Below the pieces are notes generated by a model. It made no database searches. It was not told where the DNA came from and saw only the letters and a program-made list of their open reading frames with translations. The position numbers and the translations under genes were made by a program. A DNA stretch of 64,000 nt from the human T2T-CHM13v2.0 reference genome, Homo sapiens: NCBI RefSeq assembly GCF_009914755.1, contig NC_060933.1; one strand, 5' to 3'. Of this stretch, positions 13,349 to 28,425 are shown piece by piece. The first letter of the stretch is position 1. The number at the start of each line of letters is the position of its first letter.

Positions 13349-14169
13349 CCCTTGAAGGTTTTTAAGACTAATCAGTGCACAAGATCAGATCTGAGCTTCA
13401 GGGAGATTCTGCCAACAGCAACTGAAGGAGAAAAGCAGAGCCACGGGGAAACCCACGGGGAGGCGGCAAGCTCCATAGACAGGACAGGACTCAGAGAAGG
13501 CAGAGGGACAGATGATGATCCATTGAGACTCAGGGTGGTGATGCCATTTGCTACAGTAGGGAGCTGGGGAGCAGGAGTTCAGGGGAAGGTTTGGAGTCTG
13601 GCTTCAGACATGGTGAGTTTGAGGGACTCGTCAGACATCTAGGGGGCCTCAAGGAAGAAACTGGCTCTACGGGCTAAAATCACGGCGAGGCCTGGGTCAG
13701 GAGTCCACATTTGGGAGTTACTGGCATGGGGGTGGTTTAGAGTGAGAGCAGCAGGGCAGAAGGCTGACCCCTAGGGAGCCCTGGCCTGAAGCCTCAAGGT
13801 CCTAAAAAGAAAACAGAGGACACTGGACAAGCAGGGGTTGGGAATCAGGGAGCTGTATTTCAGGAGGAGAGGGAGGCCAGCTGCTGTGGATAGTCAAGAG
13901 GTGACAGCCACCATCTAGGTAAGGTATCAGGTGTGTTCACTTGTTAACTCCTCACTACAACCCTGGGAGGTAGTTGTATCACTGGCCTCATCTTACAGGG
14001 AGGGAAACTAAGGCACATAGAGGTGAAAGAATCCTGCCTTATGTTTGAGAGCTCGGAAGCAGCAGCAGCAGGATCTAAACCAGGTGGTCTAGAGCCAGAG
14101 CCTGCGCGGACCACTGCTGCACACTGCCCATGGGTACTGCAAGTTCTGGGTTTGCTGACGTGAAGATCA

Positions 14170-14572
14170 CTGGTGGCTGGATCAGCCAGCTCCAGCTGCC
14201 ATCATGAAGCACCACGGACTGGGGGCTTAAACGACCACATTCGTTTCCTCACCATTCTGGAGGCTGGAAGTCTGAGGTCCAGGTATCAGCAGGGTTGGTT
14301 TCTCCTGGGGCCCTCTCCTTGGCTTGCAGGTGGAATCTTCTCCCTGTGCCTTCACATGGTCATCCCTTTGTGTGGGCCTGTGTCCTCATCTCCTCTTCTT
14401 ACGTGCACAGCAGTACTGAATCAGGGCCCACCCTAAGGGCTTCATTTTACCTAAATCACCTCTTTAAAGGCCCTACCTCCAAATGCAGTCACGTTCTGAG
14501 GTACTGGGGGTTCGAGCTTGAACTCCCAGTACATATGAATCTTGGGGACATAATTCAGCCCATCACAGTGAC
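14170..14572 (-). mobile_element. MLT1B/C-like MaLR LTR
   Basis: GGCTTAAAC...TCTGGAGGCTGGAAGTCTGAG...AATTCAGCCCAT. Confidence 0.75.
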
Positions 14573-14689
14573 TTAGTGAGAGCAATGTTAGTGGACAAAG
14601 CCAGATTTAGGGTGCAGAGGGTGCGAGAGGAAGAGGACCTGAGACAGCTGGGGAGGGCAACTCCTTAAGAAGCTTAGCTGTGAATGATG

Positions 14690-15090
14690 TGTGCTGGTTC
14701 TCTACGGCTGGGTAACAAAGCATGCCAAAATAACAGTTAAAATAACAATTTATTTTTCTGGTGACTCCTACTTGGGCTTTGCTGGGGCTCTGGGGTGGCT
14801 GGGAGTGCTAAGATGGCCTTGTGCGTACAGCTGGCAGTTGGTCTGGGCCATTGGCTAGGAGTATCTTGGTTCTCAGCCCCAGGTTCTCTCCATGTGGCTG
14901 CTTGGGCTTCCTTATGGCATGGTTGCTAAGTGTCAAGACCCAGCACTCCCAAAGGACAAGTCCAGGGTGCTAGTGTGTATTAAGCTTCTGTTTGCATCAT
15001 GTTTGCCCATGGACCAGGCTACTCACATGGCCAAGCCCAGAGTCAGCACGGGAAGCATGGCTCATTGAGAGCCACCTAAGTCAGTATGCC
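14690..15090 (-). mobile_element. Old MLT1-type LTR
   Basis: GGCTGCTTGGGCTTCCT...CACATGGCCAAGCCCAGAGTC. Confidence 0.55.
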
Positions 15091-15492
15091 ACAGGGCCAA
15101 GACACAGCTGACTAGCGGGAGGGCACTCTAAGGTTGCAGCAGGATGTATTTTACAAATGGTTGTGACTTGCTCATGTTTAAGAGCTGACCAGAAAGTGGT
15201 CAATAGAGAAGGGAGAGGCTGAAGATAAGGGCAGCAGAGTGATGATTTAAAACATGCAGAGCTATGCTTTACTGAGCATTTACTGCATGCCATGCTCAAA
15301 TCTAAGAGCTGGCAACAGCCCAGCAATGCAGTTCCTAACTGCACCCTCATTTCACAGATAGGGCTCAGTGCTCTAGGACTGAGCTGTGTGCACAGAGGGA
15401 GTCAAGAGGTCTCCTATTAAGCCTAACCTCAAAGTCCTCGTCCCTAACCACACACTTCACTGCCATGGAGGAGTGAAGTAATGCTCACTGGG

Positions 15493-16273
15493 TGTGATGG
15501 GCTGGTTTGTGTCCCCCCAAATTTGTGTATTGAAGTCCTAACCCCCAGGATCTGAGAGTATGACCTTATTTGGAAATAGAGCTATCCTATAGAAGTAATT
15601 AGTTAAGATGATGTCACACTGATGTAGGGTGGGCACTAATCCAATATGACTAGAGTACTTAGAAAAAGGGGAAATTGCCAGGCACAATGGCTCATGCTTC
15701 TAATCCCAGCACTTTGGGAGGCCGAGGCAGGCAGATCACCTGAGGTCAGGAGTTTGAACCAGCCTGGCCAACATGATTAAACCTAGTCTCTACTAAAAAT
15801 ACAAAAAATTAGCTGGGCCTGGTAGCAGGCACCTGTAATCCCAGCTACTCAGGAGGCTGAGGCAGGAGAATCACTTGAACCCAGGAGGCGAAGGTTGCAG
15901 GGAGCTGAGATCGTGTCACTGCACTCCAGCCTGGGCAGTAAGAGTGAAAACTCCATCTCGAAAAAAAAAAAGAAAAAAGAAAAGGGGGGAATTTAGACAC
16001 AGAGACATGCACACTGGAGAATCCTTCCTAAAGATAAAGGCAGAGGTTGGGGGTGATGCTTCTACAAGCCAAGGAACACCAGTGATGGCTGCAAACTACC
16101 AGAAGCTTGGGGGTGGCCTGAACAGGTTCTCCCTCACAGCCTCAGAAGGAACCAACCCTGCCGACACCTTGATCTCAGATTTCTGACCTCCAGAGCTGTG
16201 AGACAATGCACTCCTGCAGTTTAAGCTGCTCGCTCTGTGGGACTTTGTTACAGCAGCCCAGGAAGCTAAAGCA
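15493..16273 (+). mobile_element. MLT1C-like LTR split by an Alu
   Basis: GACCTTATTTGGAAATAG...AGAAGGAACCAACCCTGCCGACACCTTGAT. Confidence 0.8.
15677..15978 (+). mobile_element. AluS (Sq-like) inside MLT1C
   Basis: Full Alu with imperfect TSD GAAAAAGGGGAAATT/GAAAAGGGGGAATT. Confidence 0.93.
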
Positions 16274-16368
16274 CTGGAGGAAGAGGCCAGGGAGGCTGGA
16301 GAGAGTGGACCCTAGAGCTCCGGGGAGGAAACGGCTTCAGGCAGGAGGAGGCTCCATCTTCCTCCCTA

Positions 16369-17045
<677 letters not shown>

Positions 17046-18627
17046 ACATACACAAAAGTGGCTTAAAACCTCCAGTTTCTTATCTTTCACAAGTCTATGA
17101 ATGCACCAGGCCTGTTCGTGGCATTGTCTGGTGACTCGGACCTGGACTGGCTGGTCCCATCTATCTCTGTTCCATGCGGTCTCTCAGGAGCTGGCAGCTT
17201 AGCCCAGCCTTGTCCCCATAGGCAAGGGCCAGTAGAGCCGAGGTTGCAAGGACTCCTGGGGCTGAGCTCAGAGCTGGCATGTCTTCAATTCCGCCACATT
17301 TTATTGGCTGAGACAGACTCAAGGGGGCCGGGGGCAAGGGCATGGACACAGGGATGCCTGGAGGGGTGAAGAATGGGATATTTTCACAATCAATCTATCA
17401 CAGGTGGTGGAGACTTGAAGGCTTGAAATCATCACCACAGAGGAAAGGGGGCAGGACTGACCAGGAACCTCAGAAGGATCTCCCAACAATGCCCACTCCT
17501 CTGCAGAGGTGGGAGACCCTGAATTTGACAAACACTTGAACTGAGCAGGTGTGCACTTGAGTCAGCACCTCTGGCTTCAGGGAGAGGCAGGTGCTGGAGG
17601 TCCTGGTCTGTGTGGTGTTTGGGACAAGGCACACAGGCAGAAAAGTCACGGGAGCCCCTCAGCCTTGTTTAAGCCCTGCCTTCACCACCCACTTGCCAAG
17701 CAAGTTACTTCCCTTCTTGGTGTCTCTGTTTCCTCATCTGTGAAATGGAAAAAAGAAGAACACAGTCCCCACTTAAAATCCAGAAGACCCTGAAAAATGG
17801 GAGGTGTTTTGGTAAGTTTGTGGAAACCTGGGTTGGTGCCATGCCCCGACCTTGCATGAGGCCATCTGTGGACTACTTACCCTCTTGGGATCATCATCTC
17901 CACAATCCGTTCATCATGTTTGATAACATGAGACACATACATAATGCACAGTGCACGTGCCTTCCAACATCTGAAACACTTAAAGCCTGAACCATCCAGC
18001 ACCAAGGTTTCGTACTAGGCAGTTGGGACAGGAACTGCTGGAAACGTGGATGAACTGACCTCATAACGTGCCCAGCCCAGTGGCCTGGTGCGTGGTGAGT
18101 TTCCCGCTGTCACAGTTGAAGGGACCCATGGGGGGAAGAATCCAGCTAGTATCCCCCTCCCTGGCGTGCTTCTTAATATCTCAAGAGGCACAATGCCTCG
18201 CAAGGGCCGACATTTGTCCAGTGAATGAATGAGTGAATGAATGTCTTAGCTCCATTACTGCTCCGCACTCTCTTTAAGGGCAGGGGCTGTGCATTGTTCC
18301 CCTCTGTATCCATGATACCTGCTATAGAAGCCAACCTGAAGCAAGCACTAATAGATATGGGATGAACAGGGACCTCATCTTTGCACCACAGCATGAGCTC
18401 CTCGAGGCCAAATTGAGATTCATGAATCCCATGGCTTGCGTGCAGGGCTCAGAGCTGCACAGGGCAAATGTCTGGAGACTGAGTTAGCCAATGGATGAAT
18501 GGAGCTCTGCACTGTTGAATCGAATCAGTTCTAGGCTGATTTCCATTTGCTTCTAAAAGCACTAAGAGAATTTCAAAATTTCTTAGGCTCAGTACTATAT
18601 AAACAGGAAAAATAAAAGTCTGTGGGG

Positions 18628-19015
18628 CTGTACTTGTCAGCTGTGGCTGCCATAACAAAATGTCACACAATGGGAGCCTTAAACAACAGATATTTATTAT
18701 CTCACAGTCCTGGAGGCAGGAACTCTGAGATCAAGGTGTCGGCAGGGTTGGTTTCTCCTGAGCCCTCTCTCCTTGGTTTATAGACAGCGTCTTCTCCCTG
18801 CATCCTCACAGGATCATCCGTCTGTGTGTGGCTGTGTCCTCATCTCCTCTTCTCATAGGACTCAGTCATGTCGGGTTAGGTCTCACCCATATGACCTCAT
18901 TTTGCCTTAGTTACCTATGTAAAGACCCTGTCTCCAAATACATTCACCTTCTGAGATTCTGGGGGTTAGAACTTCAGCATGGGGTTGGGAGAAGGCACAA
19001 TTTGGCCCATCACAA
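18628..19015 (-). mobile_element. MLT1A/B-like LTR
   Basis: GGCTGCCATAACAAAA...TTAAACAACAGATATTTATT...GATCAAGGTGTCGGCAGGG. Confidence 0.8.
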
Positions 19016-21629
19016 GGATTCATGCCATACATAGTTCTGACCACAGCAACTCTGCTGTCTTAAAATTAAAAGAGCACAGACATTCACATTCCCCCAAAAC
19101 AGAAAGCTCTTTCCAACTACAATGGCAGCTCGGCACAGGGAATCAAGGGCAGACTCTTGTCCACCCTCAGTTGTGTCCCTTCCCTGACCCGGGTCTGCAG
19201 TTTTCACCTGTAAAATGGGGACACAGGAACAGCTGACGACTAACACCCCACTTGGCTTCCAGCCTGGTGAAGGCAGGAGCCAGCGCCAACCAGCTACGGG
19301 AGCCATTCTCTGTGGCTCAGTCAGGACATAGGGACGGGGCCCTGCCCTGTGGCGGAGCTGAGCCCCACATGGGCTCAGCGCCAGAGTAGTGACTCCATCT
19401 TTTGGTCCTTTCAGCACCTCAGGGAGCCCAGCTGGCCCGCACCCTTAAGCAGAGTCAGGAGGAGGCTCACACCCAGAGGGAGCCTGGCCGTGTGTCCTGC
19501 AGGGTGAGCGGGTGCTCGCATGGCAGCTCTGCATTCCTCATACCTTCCCTGGGACTCTAAAAGTAGTGTTTGAGCCCCAGGTGGAGGGGCAGAGAGAGTG
19601 GGAGTGGGGGGTGAGAGTGAAGGAAAGAAAAAAGTAGGGAGGAAGAGGAGAGAACCAATACCAGGGAGATCCAGCAGCAAATGCTGCCGGGGGAAGGCCC
19701 CTCTTGTACGATTTCCACTTGACCATTTTGTCGCTGGGCCTCAGGAGCCACCTCGTCGCCAGCTTCCTGACCCTCTAGCGTGGGTCCAGCTGCAGAGAGA
19801 GGCTCCCAGGCAGGCCTGATTGGTCAGCACTTGAGACTTCTCCAGGGGAGCCCCAGGAAAGGGTAGGGAATGTATCTGCCTGGCCCTGTCCCTCCTGTAT
19901 TCCACCAGCCAAGGCCTCCAGGAAGTGACACCCCTGCACTTCAAGCCCTAGGAAGCCTGAACTCCAGGTTTGACAGTGAGGGGCCACCCAGCATAGCCTG
20001 GCACTGCACAAGCCAGCGTTGAGGGGATCACAAAGGGTGCATGGTGTTTTACCCCGTAAATTCACACTAACCACTCTGCTCCTGGGTATCTGCCAAACGC
20101 TCTTTCAGCCTGAGAGGAGCCCTGGTGTGGTAGGGGATGGAGGTGACAATTGGGGTCAGCCCGGGGTCTACCACTGGGGAAGCAGTTCGGGGACCTCCTG
20201 GGCACAACCCAGCAGCTGTCAGGAGCAATGGGCGGGATCCCTCCCAGCAACACAGACAGACTGTGAAAAACCACAGTGCGGTGTGCAAAAAGCAAGATGC
20301 AGAAGGAGGCACGGTTACAGCACAATTTCAATGGTCTATGTTAAAAACTCATCTTATTCATTCATTTCCTTGAACAAACATTTACAGAGTGCCTCTATTA
20401 GCCAGGCACTGTCTTGAACATCCAAACAGTGATACACACTTCATAAGAACATAAAAGCAAACCCCCTAAATACATCAGAACAGTCATGTGTAGGAGAGGG
20501 AACGCGGATAAAGGAGAGATACAGGGCCCAGGGCCGGATGGCCAGTACTTTGCTTCAGCTGACTGGAGCCCACAGACCGAAGGCAAAACAACACATCCAT
20601 GAGTGCCTCTGCCTATCTGCAGGCAGTTTTTAGGAAAAATAGAAGATTCCTCTTGTGGGAGGAGAATGCAGTCTAGACCCAGTACTTGCAGTTCAGCCAG
20701 TGAAACGCAGGCCAGATTTCAGCCCCACTCACCGCACAGTTGTCAGCCTTGGGCAGTGCTGGACCCACAAAACTATGCATGGCTGTCCTGCGTGCAGCTC
20801 AGCAGTTAGTACACCCAGTGGTAACACACAAGGTAGTAGGATAGGGAGACAAAGGGAAGTAGAGAGATGATCGATTTTAAAAGTACAGGAGAAAGGTGAG
20901 AGTCTCTGAGCTTCAAACCTGTATGGAAGGACACACCCCAAATCCCTGTGGCTAGCAGTCTTGATAGGAGAGGAATTGGAGAGACTCACGGAGGGGGCTG
21001 GGATTTCAGGTAAATTTTATTTTAGTCTTTATTGAATCAACAGACGCTTGACTTTTTAATTAAAAATAAAGCAAAGGATCCATTTTGCCATTCTGGTTGA
21101 GTGCCATTGGGCGGGAGCTGCTGGACGGCAGGAGATGCAGCATAGGGAGGAGGGCACAGCATAGGGAGGAGGGCACAGATGGGCTCTAGATGCTGGGCCC
21201 TGTGCCCACCAGGAGGAGGAGAAAGCACCAGGGCATGGGAAGCTGAGTCTCTCTGCATCGCCCACCACCATCCTCGGGCCTGAAATGCTTGGCCTGGCCT
21301 CAAGTCCCAAGAGTGGCGTGCAGGCCCCTGGGGCACTTAGGTGGAGAGTGAATGGTTAGGGGTCATCCATACACTTTGTTTCGTCCTCTGCCACTGCATT
21401 AGAAACCTGGCATACCTTCCAACACCTGCTGGTGCCCTTTTGAATAGAGAGAGAGCAGCCCTCAGGATCTAAGGCTTCTGACTCTGCAAGATCATGGTTT
21501 AGCCAGAAGTTGATGAGCTTTTTTCTTTTATTGTATTCTTTTCTTAAATTTACTTTCTACGTACGGCAAGATGATACTGGTTTTCCACTTATTGCCATGA
21601 TATAGTCTTTCTTTTTTAAAAAACAGTTT

Positions 21630-22380
21630 ATTTACATCTTATAAAACTAAACATACTCTGACTATATAATCCAGCAATTACACTCCTGGGTATTTACCCA
21701 AAGGAGTTGAAAAATGTATGTCCACATGAAAACCTGCGCATGGATGCTGATGGCAGCTTTATCCATAATAATTGCCAAAACTGGGAAGCAACCAAGATGC
21801 CTATGGATAGGCTCATGGATAAACAAACTGTGGGACATCCAGACAACGGAATAGTATCCATTGCTAAAAAGAAAGGGGCTGCAAGTACTGAGAAGACAGG
21901 GAGGAAGTTTACATGCATATCACCAAGTGAAGAAGCCAATCTGAAAAGGATACATGCTGTGTGATTCCAACTATAGGACATTCTGGAAAAGGCAAAACCC
22001 TGGAGCAGTAAAAAGATCAGTGGTTGCCAGGGTTTGGGGGAAGGGAGGATGAAGAGATCAAGCACAGGTGGTGTTGAGGGCAGTAAGTCTACTCTGTGGG
22101 ATTCTATAGTGGTGGATACATGGCATCAGACATTTGTCCAAACACACAGAGTATATAGCACCAAGAGAGAACCCTAACATCCGCTGGGGACCCTGGGTAT
22201 CGCTGTGCATTAATGTAGGTTCATCAGTCGCAGCCAATACCCCACTCTGCCGGGGGATGCTGATTATGGGGAAGGCCGTGCATGCGTGGGGAGGGGTATA
22301 GGAGAACTTGCTGCACTTTCCTTCAGTTCTGCTGTGAACCTGAAACTACTCTAAACAATAAAGTCTAGTTTTTAAAAATT
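21630..22380 (+). mobile_element. L1MC1-like 3' end
   Basis: CAGCAATTACACTCCTGGGTATTTACCCAAAG; ORF2 remnant; 3' UTR ending AATAAAGTCTA. Confidence 0.8.
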
Positions 22381-22496
22381 AGAAAATTCAGAAATATGAA
22401 AAGAAGAAATTATGGTTATTACTTTAAAATAAATGGAGAGATCTACCAACCTAAAAAACAGTGAATGGGTTTAAGGAGAAACATGAAGTAATAGAT

Positions 22497-22836
22497 AGTC
22501 ACTCAGTCAGTCAGCCAGCCAGCCAGTCAGTCAGATAATCAGTCAGTCATACAGATAGACAGTCAGATAGTCAGTTAGTCAGTCAGATAGTCAGTAAGTC
22601 AGTTAGTCAGTCAGTCAGCCAGTCAGTCAGCCAGTCAGTCAGTCACTCAGTCAGCCAGTCAGCCAGTCAGATAGTCAGTCAGCCAGTCAGTCAGTCAACC
22701 AGTCAGTCAGCCAGTCAGTCACTCAAATAGTCAGTCAGCTAGTCAGCCAGTCAGCCAGCCAGTCAGTCAGTCAGTCAGCCAGTCCGTCAGTCACTCAAAT
22801 AGTCAGTCAGCCAGCCAGATAGCCAGTCAGTCAGAC
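22497..22836. repeat. Degenerate (CAGT)n tetranucleotide array
   Basis: CAGT/CAGC/GATA units over ~340 bp. Confidence 0.95.
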
Positions 22837-23424
22837 ACAGGAGGCTCCTACTTCATCCTCGGAAGGGCTTGGAGTGCTTCCTGGAGGAGGCAGTTTCTAC
22901 ACTGAATCTTGAAAGGGAAGCAGGAGTTCACCAGGCCTAGAAGCCAGGCAGGCATTTCAGCAATGTGTCAATGATGTGGTTGGCCAAGGGGGGATAGGGG
23001 TATGCTGTGAGTGAAGCACCAGAGACTGAAGTAAGCATGTTCCTTTGAGACCCAGTGGTGTGGCCACTTCCCACACAGTGTCTACTTCTAAGATGGACAC
23101 TCAGAGCCAAAATCACCCTCAGGAAAGAGTCACGCCCAAGACTGCCAGTACAGCCCATGAGAAGCCCAGGCTGACCCAGCCTGTCTTTATTGCAACTTGG
23201 AAATGGACCACTTGTTCCCTCAGTTGAGCACCAGCTGAATGAACAGCTTGAATTGAGGTGGAGTACTCACAGTTAAGGTTTCCCAGGACTGAGGGTGCCT
23301 GAAGAACTGACTTGCACATGCACACCCAGCTCCAGACAAGTGTGCAGGGAGGGAGGGTGGTGTGGACTTAGTGTCACGTGACTATGTTCTTACTGCAACC
23401 CATGCAGTGACAGAGGGTTTTGTG

Positions 23425-24100
<676 letters not shown>

Positions 24101-24632
24101 ATTGACATAAAGATGTTACTTAATCCGTCAGCACATCCATCACTCATTCCACAAGTACTTATCAAGAACCTCCTATGTGCCAATCACTGTCCTGAGAGCT
24201 CAGGACACACATGATAAAAGAGACTAAAGTGCTGGGAGATTGCATTCTGGAGGAAGAGAGACGTAAAGACAAAATAAGGACAGCGGATGTGTGCCCAATA
24301 GGTATATAAGCTGTGGAGCACACTGGAGCAGTGAGTGGGGAGAGGGGGTGGGCCAGACTAGGGGTTCTGGGCTGGGGCTATAATGGGGTGCTCACTAAGG
24401 AGACAGTATCTGGGTACCTGAGCAGCTTGTGAGAGGCCAGAGGGAGTGGACTGTGGGCAAGTCTGGAGGAGGAGAGTCCAGGCAGATGGAAGAGCATGAG
24501 CTAAGGCCCTAGGGCAGATGTTGGAGGAATAGCCAAGAGGTCAGTGTGGCTGGGGGTCTTGAGCAGAAGGGGAGGCAGAAGCAGTAGAGAGGGGAGGGGG
24601 CCTTCAGGAGAGCCAAAAGAAAGGCAGGGTCT

Positions 24633-25050
<418 letters not shown>

Positions 25051-25613
25051 TCAAGCCAGCCCCATGGGGACAGGACCTGGGCTGCCTGGTCTTCCACTGT
25101 GTCCATCAAGTGTCTAGACCATGTCCTGACAACATTTCTTATCTGACCAGCTCCTTCCCTGGGGCCTTGGCAGTGACCACCTGGGCAGGCAAGCATCTCA
25201 TGCCACCGTGTGCAGGAGACCTGCAGCCCACACATACAGGCCCCAGAGGCTGCAGCACCACAGATGGGAGGTGTGCCAAGGCCACCAGGCGAGGTACTAA
25301 CAGCATCCCATAGGCAGAGCTGCCCTCCATGCTGTGGACCACTCCACAGCCCCACAAAAATCCCGGGCCTCAGCAGACAGCCTCCTGGTCATATTACAAG
25401 CAGCCTAAATAAGAAACCTTTAATAAAAAGGAAACACATACAACCCCATTTATATAGCGTGTAAAATAGATTAAAATAATTTTAAATGCATGAATAACTC
25501 ACAGACTGTTTAAAAAAAAATCACAAGCAGCACTTTGTGGTGAAGACATCCAGAAACAGAGGCTTGTCCTGCAGACAAGGGACCCCAGAAGAGAGGGGCC
25601 AGGACATAGATGG

Positions 25614-26134
25614 TGAGAGGTGAAGCCAGCTGGACTTCCTGGGTCGAGTGGGGACTTGGAGAACTTTTCTGTCTTACAAGAGGATTGCAAAATGCACCAA
25701 TCAGCACTCTGTAAAAACGCACCAATCAGCGCTCTGTAGCTAGCAAGAGGATTGTAAAATGTACCAATCAGCACTCTGTAAAATGCAGCAATCAGCACTC
25801 TGTAAAATGCACCAATCAGCAGGATCCTAAAAGTAGCCTCCCTAAAAGGGAGGATTGAAAAAGGGCATTCTGATAGGACAGAAACGGAACATGGGCGGGG
25901 ACAAATAAGGGAATAAAAGCTGGCCACCTCCCAGCCAGCAGCGGCAACCTGCTCTGGTCCTGCTCCGTGCTGTGGAAGCTTTATTCTTTTGCTCTTCACA
26001 ATAACCCTTGCTACTGCTGCTCTTTGGATCCGTGCCATCTTTAAGAGCTGTAATACTCACCGTGAAGGTGTGCGGCTTCATTCGTGAAGTCAGCCATACC
26101 ACAAACCCACTGGAAGGAACCAGCTCCAGACACA
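25614..26134 (+). mobile_element. Solo LTR12 (LTR12F-like, ERV9)
   Basis: TGAGAGGTGAAGCCAGCTGG...GACACA, 521 bp, TG/CA ends, 4-bp TSD ATGG, tandem CACCAATCAGCACTCTG repeats. Confidence 0.92.
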
Positions 26135-27523
26135 ATGGGACCCCTACGATGTAGTCCTGAAGGCTGGCCTTTCCAGGAGTGGGACACTGAGCCTGGCTTA
26201 TACCCAGGTACTACATAGAAGAGCAAGGTATATAGCGCCATGAGCATCCAGCCTGAGTCCTCCCTTCCATTTTCCGTGCTGTCCACCAGCTCAGACACAC
26301 GGGCAGAGATGGTGGCCCTGAGGTTTGGGCATGGGCACGGAAATGGTGCTTTGGGTCTCACCCACTCCCCCTTGGCTTCCGTCTCATTTAGGAAACAACT
26401 CTAAGGGCTAGCGCTGCCCACTTGCTGCAGCTGTCTTGTGACCGCCCCTCTTGAATCACACACCTCGTGTGATGGGGAACTTACCCCCTGACAGACATCT
26501 CTGGCAGCTGACGCTAGGAGAAAGCTTTTCTTTGCCGGCACCAGCTTCCCTAGGAGAACAGCCCCAGAGGTTGTTTCCCAGAACTCCATGGGGGGACTGT
26601 CCCCAGCCTACCCTTGCTCCTCTCATGGGACCTGGGACCTCTCCTGAAGCCTACCTTGGTCCTCCTACCAGGACGCACGCTTTCCTCCTCGATCAAATGA
26701 GCTGCTCCTCTTCTCTGTGAGTCCCCAACCCTGTTCCTTGCCCATGCCTAATCACAGACATCAAGTCCCAGCTGCCTGGAGGGCAGCCAGCAGGGAACTG
26801 CCAGCGGCTGGCACCACTTCCCACCTCTACTCCCCAGGGTCCTTCCCACCTGCCACAGCTCAGGCCTCACATTAATGCTCCTCCAGCTCAGCAGCAGCAA
26901 CTGAGCGCTCCTCAGGATGCACCTGAATCCCACCTCTGTCCACCTCTGCCACATCTGATCCAGCCCCATCATTTCTCATCTGGATGGTGGCAGTAATTCC
27001 CACGGCTCCCTGCCTAGACCCTCCTCCCACCCCCAGACACAGCAAGAGGAACTCTCAAACCTCCGTCAGACCCCCTCTCCAAGGAAAAGCTAGGCCCAAG
27101 CCTGCCCCACAAACTCTTGCCGCACTGGCCGGGCCCTTGTGCCTGCTGTGCTCCTCCCCTCCCACTTCTCGCTTGCTCCCGTGTCACCACCACCTCCGTG
27201 GGGCCTGTCGGATTGTGCACCCATTCCTCTTCCTTGGTTTATTTTCACCAAAGCACTTCCATTTTGTGACCTATTACATCTTTACTTACTAATTTTGTTC
27301 ACTGTCCCCACAACTAGATGTGGCTCCAAGGGTGGGGTCTTGTCTGTCCTGCTGTCAGCTGTGTCCTAGAATCATCAGATGCCCAGCTGTGTTCACTGAA
27401 TGTACTAACAAGTGAAGAAAGCAGTCATCAGCTCAGAGTAAATGATGCAGAAGGTGAGGGAATGCATGCTCTCTGAGGGAATGGGCCAAGCCCAGAATCT
27501 TGTCCAAAGAAGGCACAATAACT

Positions 27524-28425
27524 TTTCAGTTGTGGTAAAATATGCATAACATAAAATTTACCATTGTGACTATTTTTAAGAGTTCAGTGGTTTTAAGTAC
27601 AGTCACATTGTTGTGCAACCATCATCATCATCCATCTGTGTAACTCTTTCCATCTTGTAAAACTGAAAATCTGTCCCCCTTCAACACGAATTCCCCATTG
27701 CCCCTCCTCCAGCCCCAGAGTAGGCTCACTGTGCACTGGCTAGCAAATTGTCAGAGTCCAGTGAGAGAACACACAGGCACCCAACAGGTTACATGAAGCG
27801 GGTTTGTTCCTTACAGTAGGTAGCAAGGGACAATGGAAGCCTGGGATCCCCTGTCTTGTTCATTCATGTGTGCCCCACTTGCACCCCAGCTGAAGGGTCC
27901 TGGAAAGCAGGTCTTGGGCTGGGTTTTAGACCATGGAGCAAAGAGGCTTGCTGGCTAAACCATTGAAGGACATCCTGCTTCTATGGGGGGAACTGGAACA
28001 GAGCCAGGGCTGCCCCAGCCGTCCCTCTCTATGGGTGTCATATCCACAGCACATTCTACAGTTATTCTTGAGGACTACAGGTGAGTAAAGGGGGAGAAGC
28101 GAGATTGTCCAAAGCCACCTAAACCCTGGCACCCCCGTTCTACTTTCTGCCTCTATGACTTCGATGACTGTAGGGACTTCATATAACTGGAATCACACAG
28201 TATTTGCCCTTTGCTGACTGCCTTATTTCACTTAGCATAATGTCCTCAAGTTTCGTCCACGTTGTAGCATGGGTCAGAACTTCCTTCCTTTTTAAGTCTG
28301 AATAACATTCCATTGTGTGTACAGAGCACATTTTGTTTCTCAATTCATCCGCTGATAGACACTCAAGATGCTTCCACCCTTTGGCTATTGTGAATCATGC
28401 TGCTACGAACATGGGTGTACAAATA
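27524..28425 (-). mobile_element. L1MB-like 3' end interrupted by an LTR-like insert
   Basis: CATAACATAAAATTTACCATT...TTATTTCACTTAGCATAATGTCCTCAAG. Confidence 0.8.
27716..28124 (-). mobile_element. ERVL-class LTR-like insert (subfamily uncertain)
   Basis: Breaks L1 continuity; minus strand CTCAAGAATAACTGTAGAATGTGCTG...CAGGATGTCCTTCAA. Confidence 0.5.

Larger units (their letters stand above)
12020..13900 (-). mobile_element. L2 fragments interrupted by AluJ and L1PA
   Basis: GGCACTGTGCTAG, GCAAAGGCCCTGGGG and GACATGGTGAGTTTGAG L2 hallmarks. Confidence 0.55.

Noticed and set aside
25685-25825. Regularly spaced short repeats resembling a CRISPR array
   Set aside because: Standard LTR12 CCAAT tandem repeats with no unique spacers; eukaryotic DNA
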